Origin: an uncultured delta proteobacterium
Lineage (GTDB): Bacteria; Myxococcota_A; UBA9160; SMWR01
DNA length: 64,000 nucleotides
Reading direction: 5' to 3'
NCBI GenBank assembly: GCA_963832165.1
Contig: CAWHTE010000003.1
Coordinates: 128,001 to 192,000 of the forward strand
Shown here in pieces: positions 1-11,877 of this stretch. Below the pieces are notes generated by a model. The model ran no database searches and was not told where the DNA came from. It saw only the letters and a list, made by a program, of their open reading frames with translations. A program made the position numbers and the translations under genes. Position 1 is the first letter of the stretch; the number at the start of each line of letters is the position of its first letter.

Positions 1-43
1 GTCGACTAGCGGAACAGCGGCAGCGACAGAACGGCGGGACAAG

Positions 44-1484
44 TTGTTGGGCAGCAGCCGGACGCGCGGTCATCATCGCTTCCACGAGCACGGAATGGTG
101 CTCGCGCTCGTGGGACTCCTGGATGTTCTCTGCATCATGAGCGCCGGGTTAGTTGCGGCCCCGCTCTCCAACCTGATGCGCGGCGAGGTCGTCGTTCCGC
201 TGCCGCTCGGCGCACACTATTTCGCCGCGATCAGCATGGCCGGCGCGGTGGGTCTCGCGGTCACGACCTGGCTCGGCGCCTACCGCGCGCGGCGCGGCAT
301 GTCTCTGTGGAGCGAGCTGCGCCTGCTGTTCATGGCGGTCGTCGTGGACTTCATCTGGCTCGGCGCGTTGGCGCTCGGCTCGCAGTCGGGCGCGATGTAC
401 TCGCGGACCTGGTTCGCGGTGTGGTTCCTGCTCTGTGTCGGCCTGCTGTCGTTCGGGCGCATCGGTCTGCGCTGGACGCAGCGCGCGCTGCGACAGCGCG
501 GCTTCGACAGCAAGCGCATCATCCTGGTCGGTAGCGGCAACCTCGTCACCATGGTGGCCGACAACCTCAAGGCCAACTCCTGGTCGGGTTTCGAAGTGCT
601 CGGCTACTTCGGGGGCGAGCTGATCGACGAGCGCGATGATCTGACGCATCTGGGAGACCTCGAGGAGGTGCGGACCTACCTGACTGCATATCGCGAGCAC
701 GTCGACCAGGTCTGGATCGCGATGCCGATGAGCTCGGGAGAAGAGATCGCGAAGCTGCTCGACACGCTGAGGCAGTCGACGGTCGACATCCGCCTCGTGC
801 CGGACGTGTTCGGCTATCAGCTGCTGAACTACTCGATGGACGAGATCGTGGGCCTTCCCGTGCTCAACATCTCCTATTCCCCGTTCTCGGGTCACTCCCG
901 GTACCTGAAGGACGCGGTCGACAAGGTGATGGCGCTCGGCGCGCTCGCCGTCGTCGGGCCCGTGATGCTCGTGATCGCCGCCGCGATCAAGCTCACTTCT
1001 CGCGGCCCCGTGCTGTTCGCGCAGCTGCGCCACGGCTGGGACGGGCGGCCGATCACCGTCTACAAGTTCCGCACGATGCGGCAGGGCTCGGCGCGCGACG
1101 ACATTCGACCAGGCCACGCGCAGCGATCCGCGCATCACGCGCCTGGGTGGGTTCCTGCGCCGGACCAGCCTCGACGAGCTGCCGCAGCTGTTCAACGTGC
1201 TGCTGGGCGACATGTCGGTGGTCGGCCCGCGGCCGCACCCCGTGCTCATGAACGAGCACTACGAGAAAGAGCTCGACCGCTACATGCTGCGCCACAAGGT
1301 CAAGCCCGGGATCACCGGATGGGCGCAGGCCAACGGCTATCGCGGCGAGACGGACACGCGGCGCAAGATCGAGAAGCGGCTCGAGTACGACCTGTACTAC
1401 ATCGAGCACTGGTCGATCTGGTTCGACCTCGAGATCATCTTGCTGACCCTCGTGCGCGGGATCTTCAGCCGGAACGCCTACTGA
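44..1484 (+). CDS. wcaJ: Undecaprenyl-phosphate glucose phosphotransferase (WcaJ/GumD-type priming glycosyltransferase), frameshift near 1095
   Basis: N-terminal TM helices, IILVGSG Rossmann-like segment, LKDAVDK...YKFRTM. A second frame continues DPRITRLGGFLRRTSLDELPQL...GDMSVVGPRP...VKPGITGWAQ...DLYYIEHWS...RNAY. Start may be ATG 95. Confidence 0.92.
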
Positions 1485-1510
1485 TCCTTGCGGATCGTGT
1501 AGACCCGCGT

Positions 1511-2630
1511 TCACGACGCCGCGAGCGTGTCGCGGATGCGCTCGCCGACCCGGGTCCAGGTATGGGCGCGCGCGAATGCCGCCGCGTCGCGCGCGACGCG
1601 TTCGTGGAGGGTGTCGTCTTCGAGGCAGGTGGCGATCTGTTCGGCGAGGTCGCCGACGTCGTCGCCGCGCCAGATCGCGCCGCCGATCCCGGGCTCGACG
1701 AGCTCGGGCATCGCGAACGCATCGCGGCCGACGCAGGGAATCCCCGAGGCCCTGGCTTCGAGGAACACGATCCCATAGGCCTCGAACCGCGACGGCATCA
1801 CGAACAGATCGTGGGAGCGGAACAGCTCACGGATCTCCGGCTGCGTGCGCGGGCCGACGAACTCGACGCCCGGCGGAGGCGGGTCCTTCAGGGGCCACGT
1901 GGGTGGGCCCGCGATCGTCAGGCTCACGCGCGGCGCGCCGCGGTTCAGGCGCTCCACGGCGGCGAGCAGCCAGTCGCCGCCCTTGCGCAGGAACTCGCGG
2001 CCCACGAACAGGATCCGCTTGCGCTCGCGCGTCGGGCGAATTTCGCGCGGCGGGAGCGTCTGATAGTCCGGCGAGATCCCGAACCCCACGACGTGAATCC
2101 GCTCCGCGGGCACGTGTCCGCAGCGCTGCAGGAACTGCCGGTACCACTCGCTCACCGCGAAGACGCCCTGGATCTCCGCGAACGCTTTGCGCTGCTCCTC
2201 CGCGAGGCGCTCGATCGTCGCGCGCCTGGCAGGCACGGTCGTGACGCGATCGTGCCCCACGACGTCGTAGTGCTCGAGTGCGACCGCGTAGTTCATGTCC
2301 TGGTAGACGTAGGTGGGCGCGCTCGTCGGCACCGCGAGCTCGGCGAGCTTCGAGCACGGCACGGGGCCGCAACCGGTCCACCGCGCGACGGACACGCCGG
2401 GCCTCGAGGGCGCGATAGGCCGGAGCGTATTTCCAGGGCCGCTGCCCCACGGCCGTCAGGATGCCCGCCAGGAGCGCCTGCAGTGGGAGCGGCGGCTGAC
2501 CGTCGACGTCGTGCACCGCGATGCCGGCCTCGACCAGGGCGGCCCGCAGCTGGAGCGGAATGAACGACCAGGTCGGGGCCCGGGGCCGCCACCAGGAACA
2601 CGCGAACGCGAGGTCGAGGGTCGCCGTCAT
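1511..2630 (-). CDS. Glycosyltransferase family 4, frameshift near 2345
   Basis: ILFVGREFLRKGG and FVMPSRFEAYGIVFLEA GT4 motifs. The N-terminus MTATLDLAFACSWW is in another frame. Confidence 0.85.
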
Positions 2631-2631
2631 G

Positions 2632-3418
2632 CTACGCCAAGGGCCGCGAGTCAGGCGGAATCGCGAACAGCCGGATCAGCCCCTGGTCGCGTTGGTCGTC
2701 CAGCCGGGTCTGATCGAGGGCCGCAGTATCTGGGCCGCACTCGAAGACCTTGTACCCATGGCCGCCCAGCAGCGCTTGAGCCGCGTCCCGATCGGCGGGC
2801 GACAGGTGGCAGCTTTCGTACACGATCATGCGCGGGCGCCAGCGCGTGAAGTCGATCGTCTTGAGGATCTCGAAGTCGTAGCCCTCCGTGTCGATCTGGA
2901 GCAGGTCGACCCCCGCGAGCCTCGTGGCGGCGGCACAGCTCGTCGAACGTCAGGCACGGCACCGGGGTCTCCACGATCCGCGCCTCTATGTCCGGCACGG
3001 CATCTGCGTGCTTGAGGATGACTTCGCGCCGGAACGAGCCGAGGACGTGGTACCAGCGCCAGACCTTCTCGCCTGGCAGCGCTTCGCGCAGGTGATAGAA
3101 GGGCAGGACCCCGGGGCGGGCGGCGATCGCGGACATCTCGAGGCGGATCCGCGCGTGCTCGCCGTACTTCTCGCGCAGCTTGCGGAACACGTAGGGGACG
3201 GGCTCGACCATCACGCCGCGCCAGCGCCGCCGCTCGATCTGCAGGCGCAGGGGATCCCCGGTGTCGCCGTCGTTCGCGCCGATCTGCACGAAGACCGCCT
3301 CGGGATACGCGGCGCCGAATCGGTGCACCGCGCGCTCGATATCGTTCTGGGGCAGACCGAGGAACCTCGTGAGCCGGCGCCACGCCTTCACCCGGAGTGA
3401 GCCCTTCAGGAGTTCCAT
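2632..3418 (-). CDS. FkbM family methyltransferase, frameshift near 2915
   Basis: FVQIGANDG and VMVEPVP, then VDLLQIDTEGYDFEIL...MIVYE in the shifted frame. Confidence 0.85.
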
Positions 3419-3589
3419 ACCGGCCTCGGGCAAACCTAGGAGGGCGGCGATGGTAGGGCGCTTCCAGCTCGATGGCGGGAAGGAGTGCGGATCGGACTCC
3501 AGGCGCCCCCGGTGACGGTCGACGATGTGGGCTAGAAGTGTCTGCCGCGCACCTCGCGCCGAGGCGCCGCCATCTGAAGCTGTCGGGTC

Positions 3590-4709
3590 ATGACGAGCAA
3601 GTGCGAAGCTGCCGGTGACGATCGGTTCTGGTTCGGCAAGCGCGTTCTGATCACGGGCGGAGACGGCTTCGTCGCGGCCAACATGGCCGTGGAGCTATTG
3701 CGGCGCAACGCCAACGTGACGCTCGTCGTTCGGCATCACCGGCCCGTCTCCACGATGGAGATGCTCGGCGACGAGCCGGATACGGGGCCGACCTGGAGCA
3801 CTCCGACCTCATGAACTTCATCGAGGTCCAGAAGATCTGCAATCGCCATCAGATCGACACGATCTTCCATCTCGCTGCCTCGGCGGTGGTGGGTGAGGCG
3901 GCCAACGCGCCGATCAGCACCTGCGAGAACAACATCATCCCGACGCTGAATCTGCTCGAGGCCGCGCGCATCAACAAGATTCCGCGCGTGATCGTGGCTT
4001 CGACGGACAAGTCCTACGGCGATCATGCGGACGACGACGATCCGGAGCGGATCCCCTACACCGAGAGCTTCGCGCTGCGCGGTCTCGACGTGTACAGCGC
4101 ATCGAAGGTCTGTGCGGACATGATCGCGCAGACCTATGCATTCCAGTTCAAGCTGCCGGTGCTCGTGGTGCGGCCCTGCAACATCTTCGGACCCGGCGAT
4201 CTGAATTTCACCCGCCTGATTCCGCGCACGATCCTCCGGCTCATGCAGGGCTCGCAGCCCGTGATCAATCAGGGCAACGATCGCGTGCTGCGCGAGTTCA
4301 TCTACATCGACGATCTCGTGAACGCGTATCTCTTTCTCGCGGAGAACCTGGAGCGCCACTACGCCTCGCCGCTGCCCCAGCGGGGCCGCGCCACGTATGG
4401 CTGGATCGCCTACAACGCCGGCTCGTACGTCCGCAGCAGCGGCGACCCGCGCTAGAGTCCCAACATCCGCAACGTCGTCGAGGTGATCGAGGCGATCAAG
4501 AAGAAGCTCGGCGTCGACGTCGAATCGGTGGTGATTCCGAAGCCGGCCAACTTCATCGAGATTCCCGATCAGTACCTGGATTCGTCGAAGCTCGCCGCGC
4601 TGGGATTCCGCCGCGCGTCACGTTCGATCAGGGTCTCGACCGCGCGATCGATTGGTACAAGGCGAACCACGGGTACCTGGCCAAGCTCGGCTACAAGTAC
4701 CTGACCTAG
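3590..4709 (+). pseudogene. NDP-sugar 4,6-dehydratase/epimerase (RfbG-like extended SDR), broken by two frameshifts and an in-frame TAG
   Basis: FWFGKRVLITGGDGFVA, IFHLAA, ASTDKSY and YSASK (YxxxK). Breaks near 3785, TAG at 4453-4455 and near 4615. The breaks may be assembly errors. Confidence 0.75.
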
Positions 4710-4718
4710 CTGCGCGAC

Positions 4719-5810
4719 TCAGGCCGCCGCGCCCAGCAGATCGAGCAGGCGATCGGTGATGACGCCGGGATCGCAATGCTTTGCGATCAGCGCCCGGCCC
4801 TCCGCGACCTGCCGGGCGGACTCGGCCGCGTCGAGAGACAGCGCGGCGTGCGCGAGCTTCTCGACGTCGTGCTCGCCGAAGCAGTACCGGTTCTGCCACG
4901 GCAGGACTTCGAACAAGCCGCCGTGGGCCACGGAGCAGACCACGGGAATGCCGCGCGCGAGGGCTTCGAGCGGAATCATGCCCAGCGCGTCCCATTCCGT
5001 GTTGAACAGCTGCACGTCGAGCGCGCGGTAGAAGCGGTCCATGTCGCCCTGCCAATCGAGCCACGTGATTCGCCCGTCGAGACCCAGCTCCCTTGCGAAC
5101 GCCTGCAGCGCACCGCGCTCGGGGCCATCTCCGCCCAGCACGAAATGCGCATCGGGTCGGGCTGCGGCGATGCGAGCCGCCGTGCGCAGGAACACGTCGA
5201 AGCGTTTGACCGGCACCTGCCGTCCGGCATTGCCGATGATCCACGCCTGCGCAGGGAGTCCCAGGCGCGCTCGCGCGTCGAGACGTTGCTCGGGCGTCGT
5301 GAGCGGATGCAGATCGATGGGCGCGAGCAGAATGCTGCTGCGGGATCGCATCGGCGGGAACAGCTTCACTGCTTCCTCGCGCGTGAAATCGGTGAGGAAG
5401 GCGAGCTTGGGGTACGCGAGGAAGGCCAGCAGATAGTTGATCCGCCAGCTCCGGACGGCTTTTGCGCCGGCATGGTGGTGAAGGATGTAATAGGCTTTGC
5501 GCGGCACATGGCACGAGAGCGCCACGAGCGTGGTGACCAGCCGATGTCCCATCTGAAACAATGCGTCGGGCTGGTAGCGGGCAATGATGCGCCGGATGCC
5601 ACGTAAAGGCCGGAAGCCCCAAATGCTTGCGGAAGTCGAAGTCGTAAGAGGGAATGTCGGCTTCGGCGAGCAGAGGCGCTAGTCCTTCGATGGGCTCGAG
5701 CGAGACCACCTCGCAATGGTGACCGCGCGGCTTGAGCTGCTTCATCAGGTAGAGCGCAACCCGTTCCGTGCCTCCGGCCTTCCACACTGCAGAGCGAATA
5801 GGAATTTCAC
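4719..5810 (-). CDS. Glycosyltransferase family 4, frameshifts near 5785 and 5600
   Basis: GGTERV, GNAGRQVPVKRFD, GDGPER and EWDALGMIPLEA motifs. GTG start giving MKFLFALQ. Confidence 0.8.
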
Positions 5811-5941
5811 GTTGATCTGAGCAAGCGGATTCAGTTTGCTTTCCGCACGGTCGACTTTATATCAGAATCCGTCTCCCCCGTGGTGCACGAGAGATCACGT
5901 CCATGCACAGACGCCGTCCGGTACCCGGGGTGCAGAGGAAG

Positions 5942-7169
5942 ATGCGCGGTCGGCTCCATCTCGGGGCATTTCTCGCCACCGCGCTGATGCTCGGCGCGGC
6001 TCGCGCAGAGGAACCGGCTACGACGGGAATCGATCTGGGCTCGGGCCTGCGCTTCGACGCCGGCCTGCAGAACGACGTCCGCTGGACGGACAACATGTAC
6101 TTGAGCGAGGACGACGAGGTCGACGCCACGGGCTACATGCTGCGACCGAGCACCTGGCTGTCGTACCTGAGCGGCAACGCAGGTGGCCGCCTCGGCTACC
6201 GGGGCGAGATCGGGATCTGGGATTCGCCCACCGACGACGATTACGTCGACACCGAGGCGTTTGCGGCCGGCGGCATCCAGCCGCTGACCAAGCACGCGCT
6301 CGAGGGCGATGCGGCCTACAAGCGCGGGCACGATCCGATCGGCACCGGCCGCACGCAGGGGCTCACAGAGGCGCAGGTCCGCGACCGCGAGATCGACCTC
6401 TGGGACAGCTACAAAGCCGCCCTGAAATACACCTACGGCGCCGCCGAGACGAAGCTCAGACCCTTCCTGCGCACGAGCTTCACGGCCACGCACTACCAGT
6501 CGAATCGCAAGGACCCGGCAGATCCCGCCACAGGGACTCGATTTCTCGACAACACCTACTTGCTGGTCGGTGGCGGGTTGTTCTTTGCGCTAGGGCCGAG
6601 GATCGGCTTCCTGGTCGACGCCGAACACACGGAGATCGAGTACGACACGGATCTCGATCCCGCGTTGGACGGGAGTCACACGCAGGCCCTGGCGGGATTC
6701 CGCTATCAGATCAGCGCGAAGACCCACGGCGACGTCCTTGCCGGCTATTTCTTCCGCAATTTCGATGACGGGGACCGCGAAGATGCAGACGGGCTCGACT
6801 GGCGGGTGGCGCTGAACTGGGCGCCGAGGAGGCGGACAGCGCTCTCTCTCGAGCTGGGCCGCGTCGCGGCCGACGCGATTCTGCTAGGCGAGAACTTCAT
6901 CGACCGGCAATTCGCGCGCCTTAGGCTGGCGTCAGGGCTGGACGACCCGGTTCTCCTCCGAGACCAGCGCGATGTTCGTTCGGGACGACTTCAAGGGGTC
7001 CCAGCGCGAAGATGATCTGCTCAAGGCGGGGCTTACCCTGTATTATGCTCTGAGCAGGCGATGGACCATCCGCGGCGGCGTGGAGTACACGACACGGGAT
7101 GCCGACTCCGTCAGCGGATTCGACTATGACAGCAACATCGTCTTCGCGGGCCTGGACATCAGGCTGTAG
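5942..7169 (+). CDS. Polysaccharide-export outer-membrane beta-barrel (VpsM/EpsX-like), frameshift near 6925
   Basis: Signal peptide, alternating amphipathic strands, C-terminal YDSNIVFAGLDIRL. Lies directly upstream of OPX and Wzc. Confidence 0.75.
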
Positions 7170-7203
7170 CGCGCGTCCCCGATCGACGCGCGAGCCGCGC
7201 AGG

Positions 7204-7789
7204 TTGCGCGCGTTGGCGCTGTTCCTGGTGCTCGCGCTCGCAGCCGACCGTCGCTGCGGCACAGCCGGCGCAGACCCAGACCGCCGCGATGGAGCCCGCC
7301 GTGGCTCCGGCGAGCGTGGTGCCGACGCGGCCGGACTACAAGATCGGCGTAGGCGACTTGATCCAGATCCAGGTCCACGACGAGCAGGACCTCACGCTCC
7401 AGACGCGCTTGGACTCGAAGGGAACTATCACGTACCCGTTTCTCGGAGAGCTCAGCGTCGCGGGATCCACGGTGCGAGGGCTCGAGAAGAAGATCGCCGA
7501 CGGCCTGAAGGACGGCGAGTACCTGCTGGCACCCGACGTACAGGTGGTGGTCCTCGAGTATCGGCCCTTCTACGTGAACGGTGAGGTCCAGCGGCCGGGC
7601 GGCTTCCCCTGCACTCCGGATCTGACCGTGCAGAAGGCGGTCTCCCTGGCGGGCGGCCTCACCGACTACGCCTCGAAGAACCGGATGTATCTGGTCCGCG
7701 AGGAGAGCCCGGAGGATCGCGAGCGGGTCACGATGGAGACGCTGGTACGGCCCGGAGACACCTTGATCATCGAGGAGGGCCTCTTCTGA
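7204..7789 (+). CDS. Short OPX polysaccharide export protein (Poly_export + SLBB). The signal peptide joins through a probable frameshift near 7245.
   Basis: DYKIGVGDLIQIQV, GTITYPFLG, VNGEVQRPG and AVSLAGG motifs. It ends at VRPGDTLIIEEGLF with no C-terminal membrane helix. Confidence 0.88.
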
Positions 7790-7838
7790 GGTCCCCGGCG
7801 CGCCATCGCCCGATTCCTCGCACGCGCCGGGTCTGCTG

Positions 7839-9935
7839 ATGGCCGGCGATCAACAGCTCTTGCTGATCGATCCGATGCGCCAGCTCCGGATCCTGTTGCG
7901 CTACTGGTGGCAGATCCTCGGCGCGATCGCGATCGGCGTGCTCGGCACGTTGGTGGCGTCCTACATCGCGACGCCGGTCTACCGCGGCAGCGCGACGCTC
8001 TTGATCGAGAGCCAGGCGGCCAACGTCATCAAGATCGACGAAGTCTACGAGCCCGGAACGGGAACCCTCGTGGAGGAGCACAAGAACACCCAGGTCGAGA
8101 TCCTGCGCTCGCGCGCGCTCGCCGAGCAGGTGTTCGAGAACCTGAATCTGGCCCAATACCCGGAGTACGAGAGCGAGGACGGCGAGGACTCGATTCACGA
8201 TCGGATCAAGGGTCTGATGGACAACATCGAGATCGAGCCGGTGCTCCACACGGCTCTGATCAAGATCCACGCGGACGCCGAAGATCCCGAGCTCGCCGCC
8301 AAGATTGCGAACGCGGTCGTGGCGGCGTACATCGCGAGCGACAAGAGCGCGCGCGGCGATGTCACGAACGAGGCCACGGAATGGCTCACGCAGCGGCTCG
8401 CAGAGATCAAGGCGGATCTCGAGCGCTCCGAGAAGGCCCTTCAGGGCTTCTACGATACCGAGGAGCTCGTCAACGTCGGCGGTGCGCGCGGCCTCGTCGA
8501 GGACGAGACCTCGGACAACGCGAAGAAGCTCCGGGAGGCGAGGCGGACCAGCACCGAGCTCGAGAACGTGCACAAGCGGATTCTCGAGGCCGGAAACAAC
8601 GTCGATCTCCTGCAGCAGATCCCCGCGATCCAGCAGGAGCCGCTGGTCCAGGCGACGAAGAGGAGCTTCCTCGACGCACGCGGGGAAGTGGGTGCGCTCG
8701 AGACGCGCTACGGCAGGCGCCATCCCAAGCTGATCGCCGCGAACGCGCGCCTCGAAGAAGCGCGCGGCGCCTATGAGAGGCAGCTGCGCATCGCGGCAGA
8801 CGGCGTCCGCTCCCAGTTCCAGATCGCGCGCACGAACGAAACGTCACTGGCCGGTGTGGTCGAGGTATCCCGCAACCAGATCCAGAGCCTCGATCGCAAG
8901 CAGCACGAGTTCGAGTTGTTGCAGCGCGAGGTGGATACGAACCGCAGGCTGTTCGACACCTTCTTCGAGCGGATCAAGGAAGCCGACATCGCGGGCAACC
9001 TCGACATCGGCAAGACGCGCACGATCGAGCTGGCCATCGCGCCCGAGAAGCCGTTCAAACCGAAGCGGCGGATCTGGCTGCTGACGGCCGCGGTCGTCGG
9101 GTCGTTGCTCGCCGTGTCGGGGGCTTTCCTGCGCGCATTCTTCGACGACACGATCAAGTCGCCGGCCGACCTCGGAGGCGCGACCCGGCTGCCGCTCCTG
9201 ACCGCGCTGCCGATCGTCTCCGATCCGGGCCAGCGAAGCGAGAAGCTGGCGCGGATCGAGATCGAGGATCCCACCGCGGAGTTCTCCGAAGGCGTCCGGA
9301 CGCTGCGAACGCGCATCGTCCTCCACTATTCGGGCCGGGACCCGCGCAGCCTGCTCGTGACCTCCTCGCTCTCGGGTGAGGGCAAGACCAGCGTCGCGCT
9401 GAACCTCGCCGTCGCGATGGGGCGCGTGGAGCGCGTGATCCTGATCGACGGGGATCTGCGCCGACCGTCGATCGGCTCGATGCTCGGCCTGCCCAAGCAG
9501 TCCAAGGGCGTGGTCGACGCGCTCACGGGCGCTGCGCCGCTGTCCGAGTGCATCCATACCTTCGAGGCCGGCAACATCAGCGTGATGCCGAGCCGCGAAT
9601 CCAAGTACGCGCTCGAGCTCTTGAGCTCGCTGCGGTTTGCGCAGCTGCTCAAGGAGCTCGAAGAGAGCTACGACCGGATCGTGATCGACTCTCCGCCGGT
9701 TCAGCCCGTGAGCGATGCGTTGCTCTTGAGCCGCACGGCCAGCGCAGTGGTGTTCCTGATCAAGGCGAACTCCACTCCCACTTCGCTCGTGGCGAACTCG
9801 CTGGATCGGCTCCAGGAAGCCGGCGCGGAGATCGTGGGCGTGGTGCTGAACCAGGCCGACCTGCGCAGGTACTCCGGCCCCGCCTACGGCTACACCTACC
9901 TGCGCGACGAGAGATACGGAACCGCCGAGGCCTAG
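7839..9935 (+). CDS. wzc: Polysaccharide co-polymerase / tyrosine autokinase
   Basis: Two TM helices around a coiled coil, Walker A GEGKT, LIDGDLRRP, IVIDSPP and a Tyr-rich tail YSGPAYGYTY. Confidence 0.92.
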   Translation: MAGDQQLLLIDPMRQLRILLRYWWQILGAIAIGVLGTLVASYIATPVYRGSATLLIESQAANVIKIDEVYEPGTGTLVEEHKNTQVEILRSRALAEQVFENLNLAQYPEYESEDGEDSIHDRIKGLMDNIEIEPVLHTALIKIHADAEDPELAAKIANAVVAAYIASDKSARGDVTNEATEWLTQRLAEIKADLERSEKALQGFYDTEELVNVGGARGLVEDETSDNAKKLREARRTSTELENVHKRILEAGNNVDLLQQIPAIQQEPLVQATKRSFLDARGEVGALETRYGRRHPKLIAANARLEEARGAYERQLRIAADGVRSQFQIARTNETSLAGVVEVSRNQIQSLDRKQHEFELLQREVDTNRRLFDTFFERIKEADIAGNLDIGKTRTIELAIAPEKPFKPKRRIWLLTAAVVGSLLAVSGAFLRAFFDDTIKSPADLGGATRLPLLTALPIVSDPGQRSEKLARIEIEDPTAEFSEGVRTLRTRIVLHYSGRDPRSLLVTSSLSGEGKTSVALNLAVAMGRVERVILIDGDLRRPSIGSMLGLPKQSKGVVDALTGAAPLSECIHTFEAGNISVMPSRESKYALELLSSLRFAQLLKELEESYDRIVIDSPPVQPVSDALLLSRTASAVVFLIKANSTPTSLVANSLDRLQEAGAEIVGVVLNQADLRRYSGPAYGYTYLRDERYGTAEA

Positions 9936-9965
9936 CCGAGCTCGGGGCTGGCTGCGTGCAAGCCA

Positions 9966-10874
9966 TGAATTACAACTTCCACACGATACGCGGCATGTTG
10001 CGGTTCATCGTGGGGCACCCGCTGAATCGGGGGCGCCCGGTAGGTGCGGTGTGGCGATACGTTTCCTGGCACTTGGCCAGCCGGATGTTCCCGGGAGGCG
10101 TAGTGCTGCCGTTCGTAAACGACTCGAGACTGATCGTCAGGCCGCGCATGCATGGCGCCACGGCCGCGGTCTATACCGGCCTGCCTGAATACGAGGAGAT
10201 GTCACTACTCCTGCACTTGCTGAGACCGGACGATTTGTTCGTGGACGTCGGCGCCAACGTCGGCATCTTCAGCGTGCTGGCGTCGGCAGTCAGCGGCGCC
10301 CGCACGCTGGCCTTCGAGCCGGTACCCGAGAGCTGCCGATCTCTGCTGGATAATCTGCGCCTGAACGACGTGGAATCGCGCGTCGAGCTGCGGCGTGCGG
10401 CGGTGGGAGCCACCTCCGACAAGGTCCGTTTTCGATCGGACCAGGACACCAACAATCGCGTGCTGGAGAATCCCGCCGACTCTGCATCCAGCATCGAGGT
10501 CGAAATGGTGACACTGGATCAGGAGCTGGATCAGCGCTCGCCTGTCATGGTGAAGATCGATGTCGAAGGATGGGAACACGAGGTCCTGAAGGGTGCCGCC
10601 CGGACCCTCCGCAATCCGACGCTGCTGGCGGTGGTGCTCGAGCTCTTCGGCGGCGGGTCGAGATACGGCAGCAACGACGAGGCTTGCCACCGGATCATGC
10701 TGGAGGCCGGCTTCGAGCCGGTCCATTACGCGCCGGAAACCCGCACATTTCACTCACTGGAGCCGGCAGATCAACCGGGAATCGCTGAATACGCTCTACA
10801 TCAGGAATCCGGCCGAAGTTCAGCGCCGACTCGACGAGGGACGCCGTTTCAGTGTTCTCGGGCGCACCCTGTGA
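9966..10874 (+). CDS. FkbM family methyltransferase, frameshift near 10765
   Basis: FVDVGANVG, LAFEP and VKIDVEGWE. The C-terminus INRESLNTLYIRNP is in the shifted frame. Confidence 0.88.
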
Positions 10875-10881
10875 ACGGTCG

Positions 10882-11877
10882 TCATCCGCGTGCGGGTCTC
10901 GGGGCGCTCCGGCTCGCTGCAGCGTCTACCTGGCGGTCGATCCACGCGTAGGTCGCCCGCAAGCCGTCTTCGAGCGGCGCGGTGGGCTTCCAGCCGAGCT
11001 TCTGCTGGATCAGCCGGTTGTCCGAGTTGCGCCCGCGCACGCCCGTCGGTCCGGGGACGTTGCGGATCGTGAGGGTCTTGCCGGAGATCTTCATGATCAT
11101 GCCGGCCAGCTCGTTGATCGTGACCATCTCCTCGGAGCCGATGTTCACGGGACCCGGGAAGTCCGAGCGCGTGAGCCGCAGCACGCCGTCGATACACTCG
11201 TCGATGTAGAGGAACGAGCGGGTCTGCTTGCCGTCGCCCCAGATCTCGATCTCGCCGCCGTCGGGCGCCTCGGCGACCTTGCGGCAGAGTGCGGCCGGGG
11301 CCTTCTCCCGCCCGCCTCGCCACGTGCCCTGAGGGCCGTAGATGTTGTGGAAGCGCGCGATGCGCGCCTGGATCCCGTGGTTGCGCATGTAGGCCAGGTA
11401 GAGCCGCTCGCTGAACAGCTTCTCCCAACCGTATTCGCTGTCCGGATTGGCGGGATAGGCGCTGTCCTCGGCGCAGTTCGGATCGTCCGGGTCGAGCTGG
11501 TTGTGCTCCGGGTACATGCACGCGGACGACGAGTAGAAGATCCGCGAGATGTTCCGCCGGTGGATGGTCTCGGCCATGTTGAGATTGATCGTCGCCGAGT
11601 TGTGCATCACCTCGGCGTCGTGATCGCCCGTGAAGATGTAGCCGGCGCCGCCCATGTCGGCGGCGAGCTGGTAGACCTCGTCGAAGCGCCGGTCGATCAC
11701 GTGACGGCAGAACAGCGGATCGCGCAGGTCGCCGATCACGAAGTCGTCGGCCTGCGTGCGGCCGAACTCCGGGTACTTCAGGTCGACCCCTCTCACCCAG
11801 AGGCCCTCTGCCTTGAGGCGGGTCACCAGATGGTTGCCGATGAATCCACCGGCTCCGCAGACGATCGCTTGCTTCAT
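10882..11877 (-). CDS. NAD-dependent epimerase, GDP-mannose 3,5-epimerase-like
   Basis: GAGGFIG, LAADMGGAGYI, YGWEK, RFHNIYGP-GTW-GGREKAPAALCRK and IWGDGKQTRSF. Confidence 0.88.
   Translation of the reverse strand: MKQAIVCGAGGFIGNHLVTRLKAEGLWVRGVDLKYPEFGRTQADDFVIGDLRDPLFCRHVIDRRFDEVYQLAADMGGAGYIFTGDHDAEVMHNSATINLNMAETIHRRNISRIFYSSSACMYPEHNQLDPDDPNCAEDSAYPANPDSEYGWEKLFSERLYLAYMRNHGIQARIARFHNIYGPQGTWRGGREKAPAALCRKVAEAPDGGEIEIWGDGKQTRSFLYIDECIDGVLRLTRSDFPGPVNIGSEEMVTINELAGMIMKISGKTLTIRNVPGPTGVRGRNSDNRLIQQKLGWKPTAPLEDGLRATYAWIDRQVDAAASRSAPRPARG

Noticed and set aside
44..2563. 839-aa ORF as one large fusion protein
   Set aside because: It is wcaJ running out of frame after about 1095 into the antisense of a GT4 gene.
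5824..5842. Sigma54 promoter before the beta-barrel gene
   Set aside because: GG-to-GC spacing is 9 nt instead of 10, and TGGCAC is absent.
10905..10925. Reverse-strand partial match to the hairpin repeat core
   Set aside because: Only about 11 bp match, which is expected by chance at this GC content.
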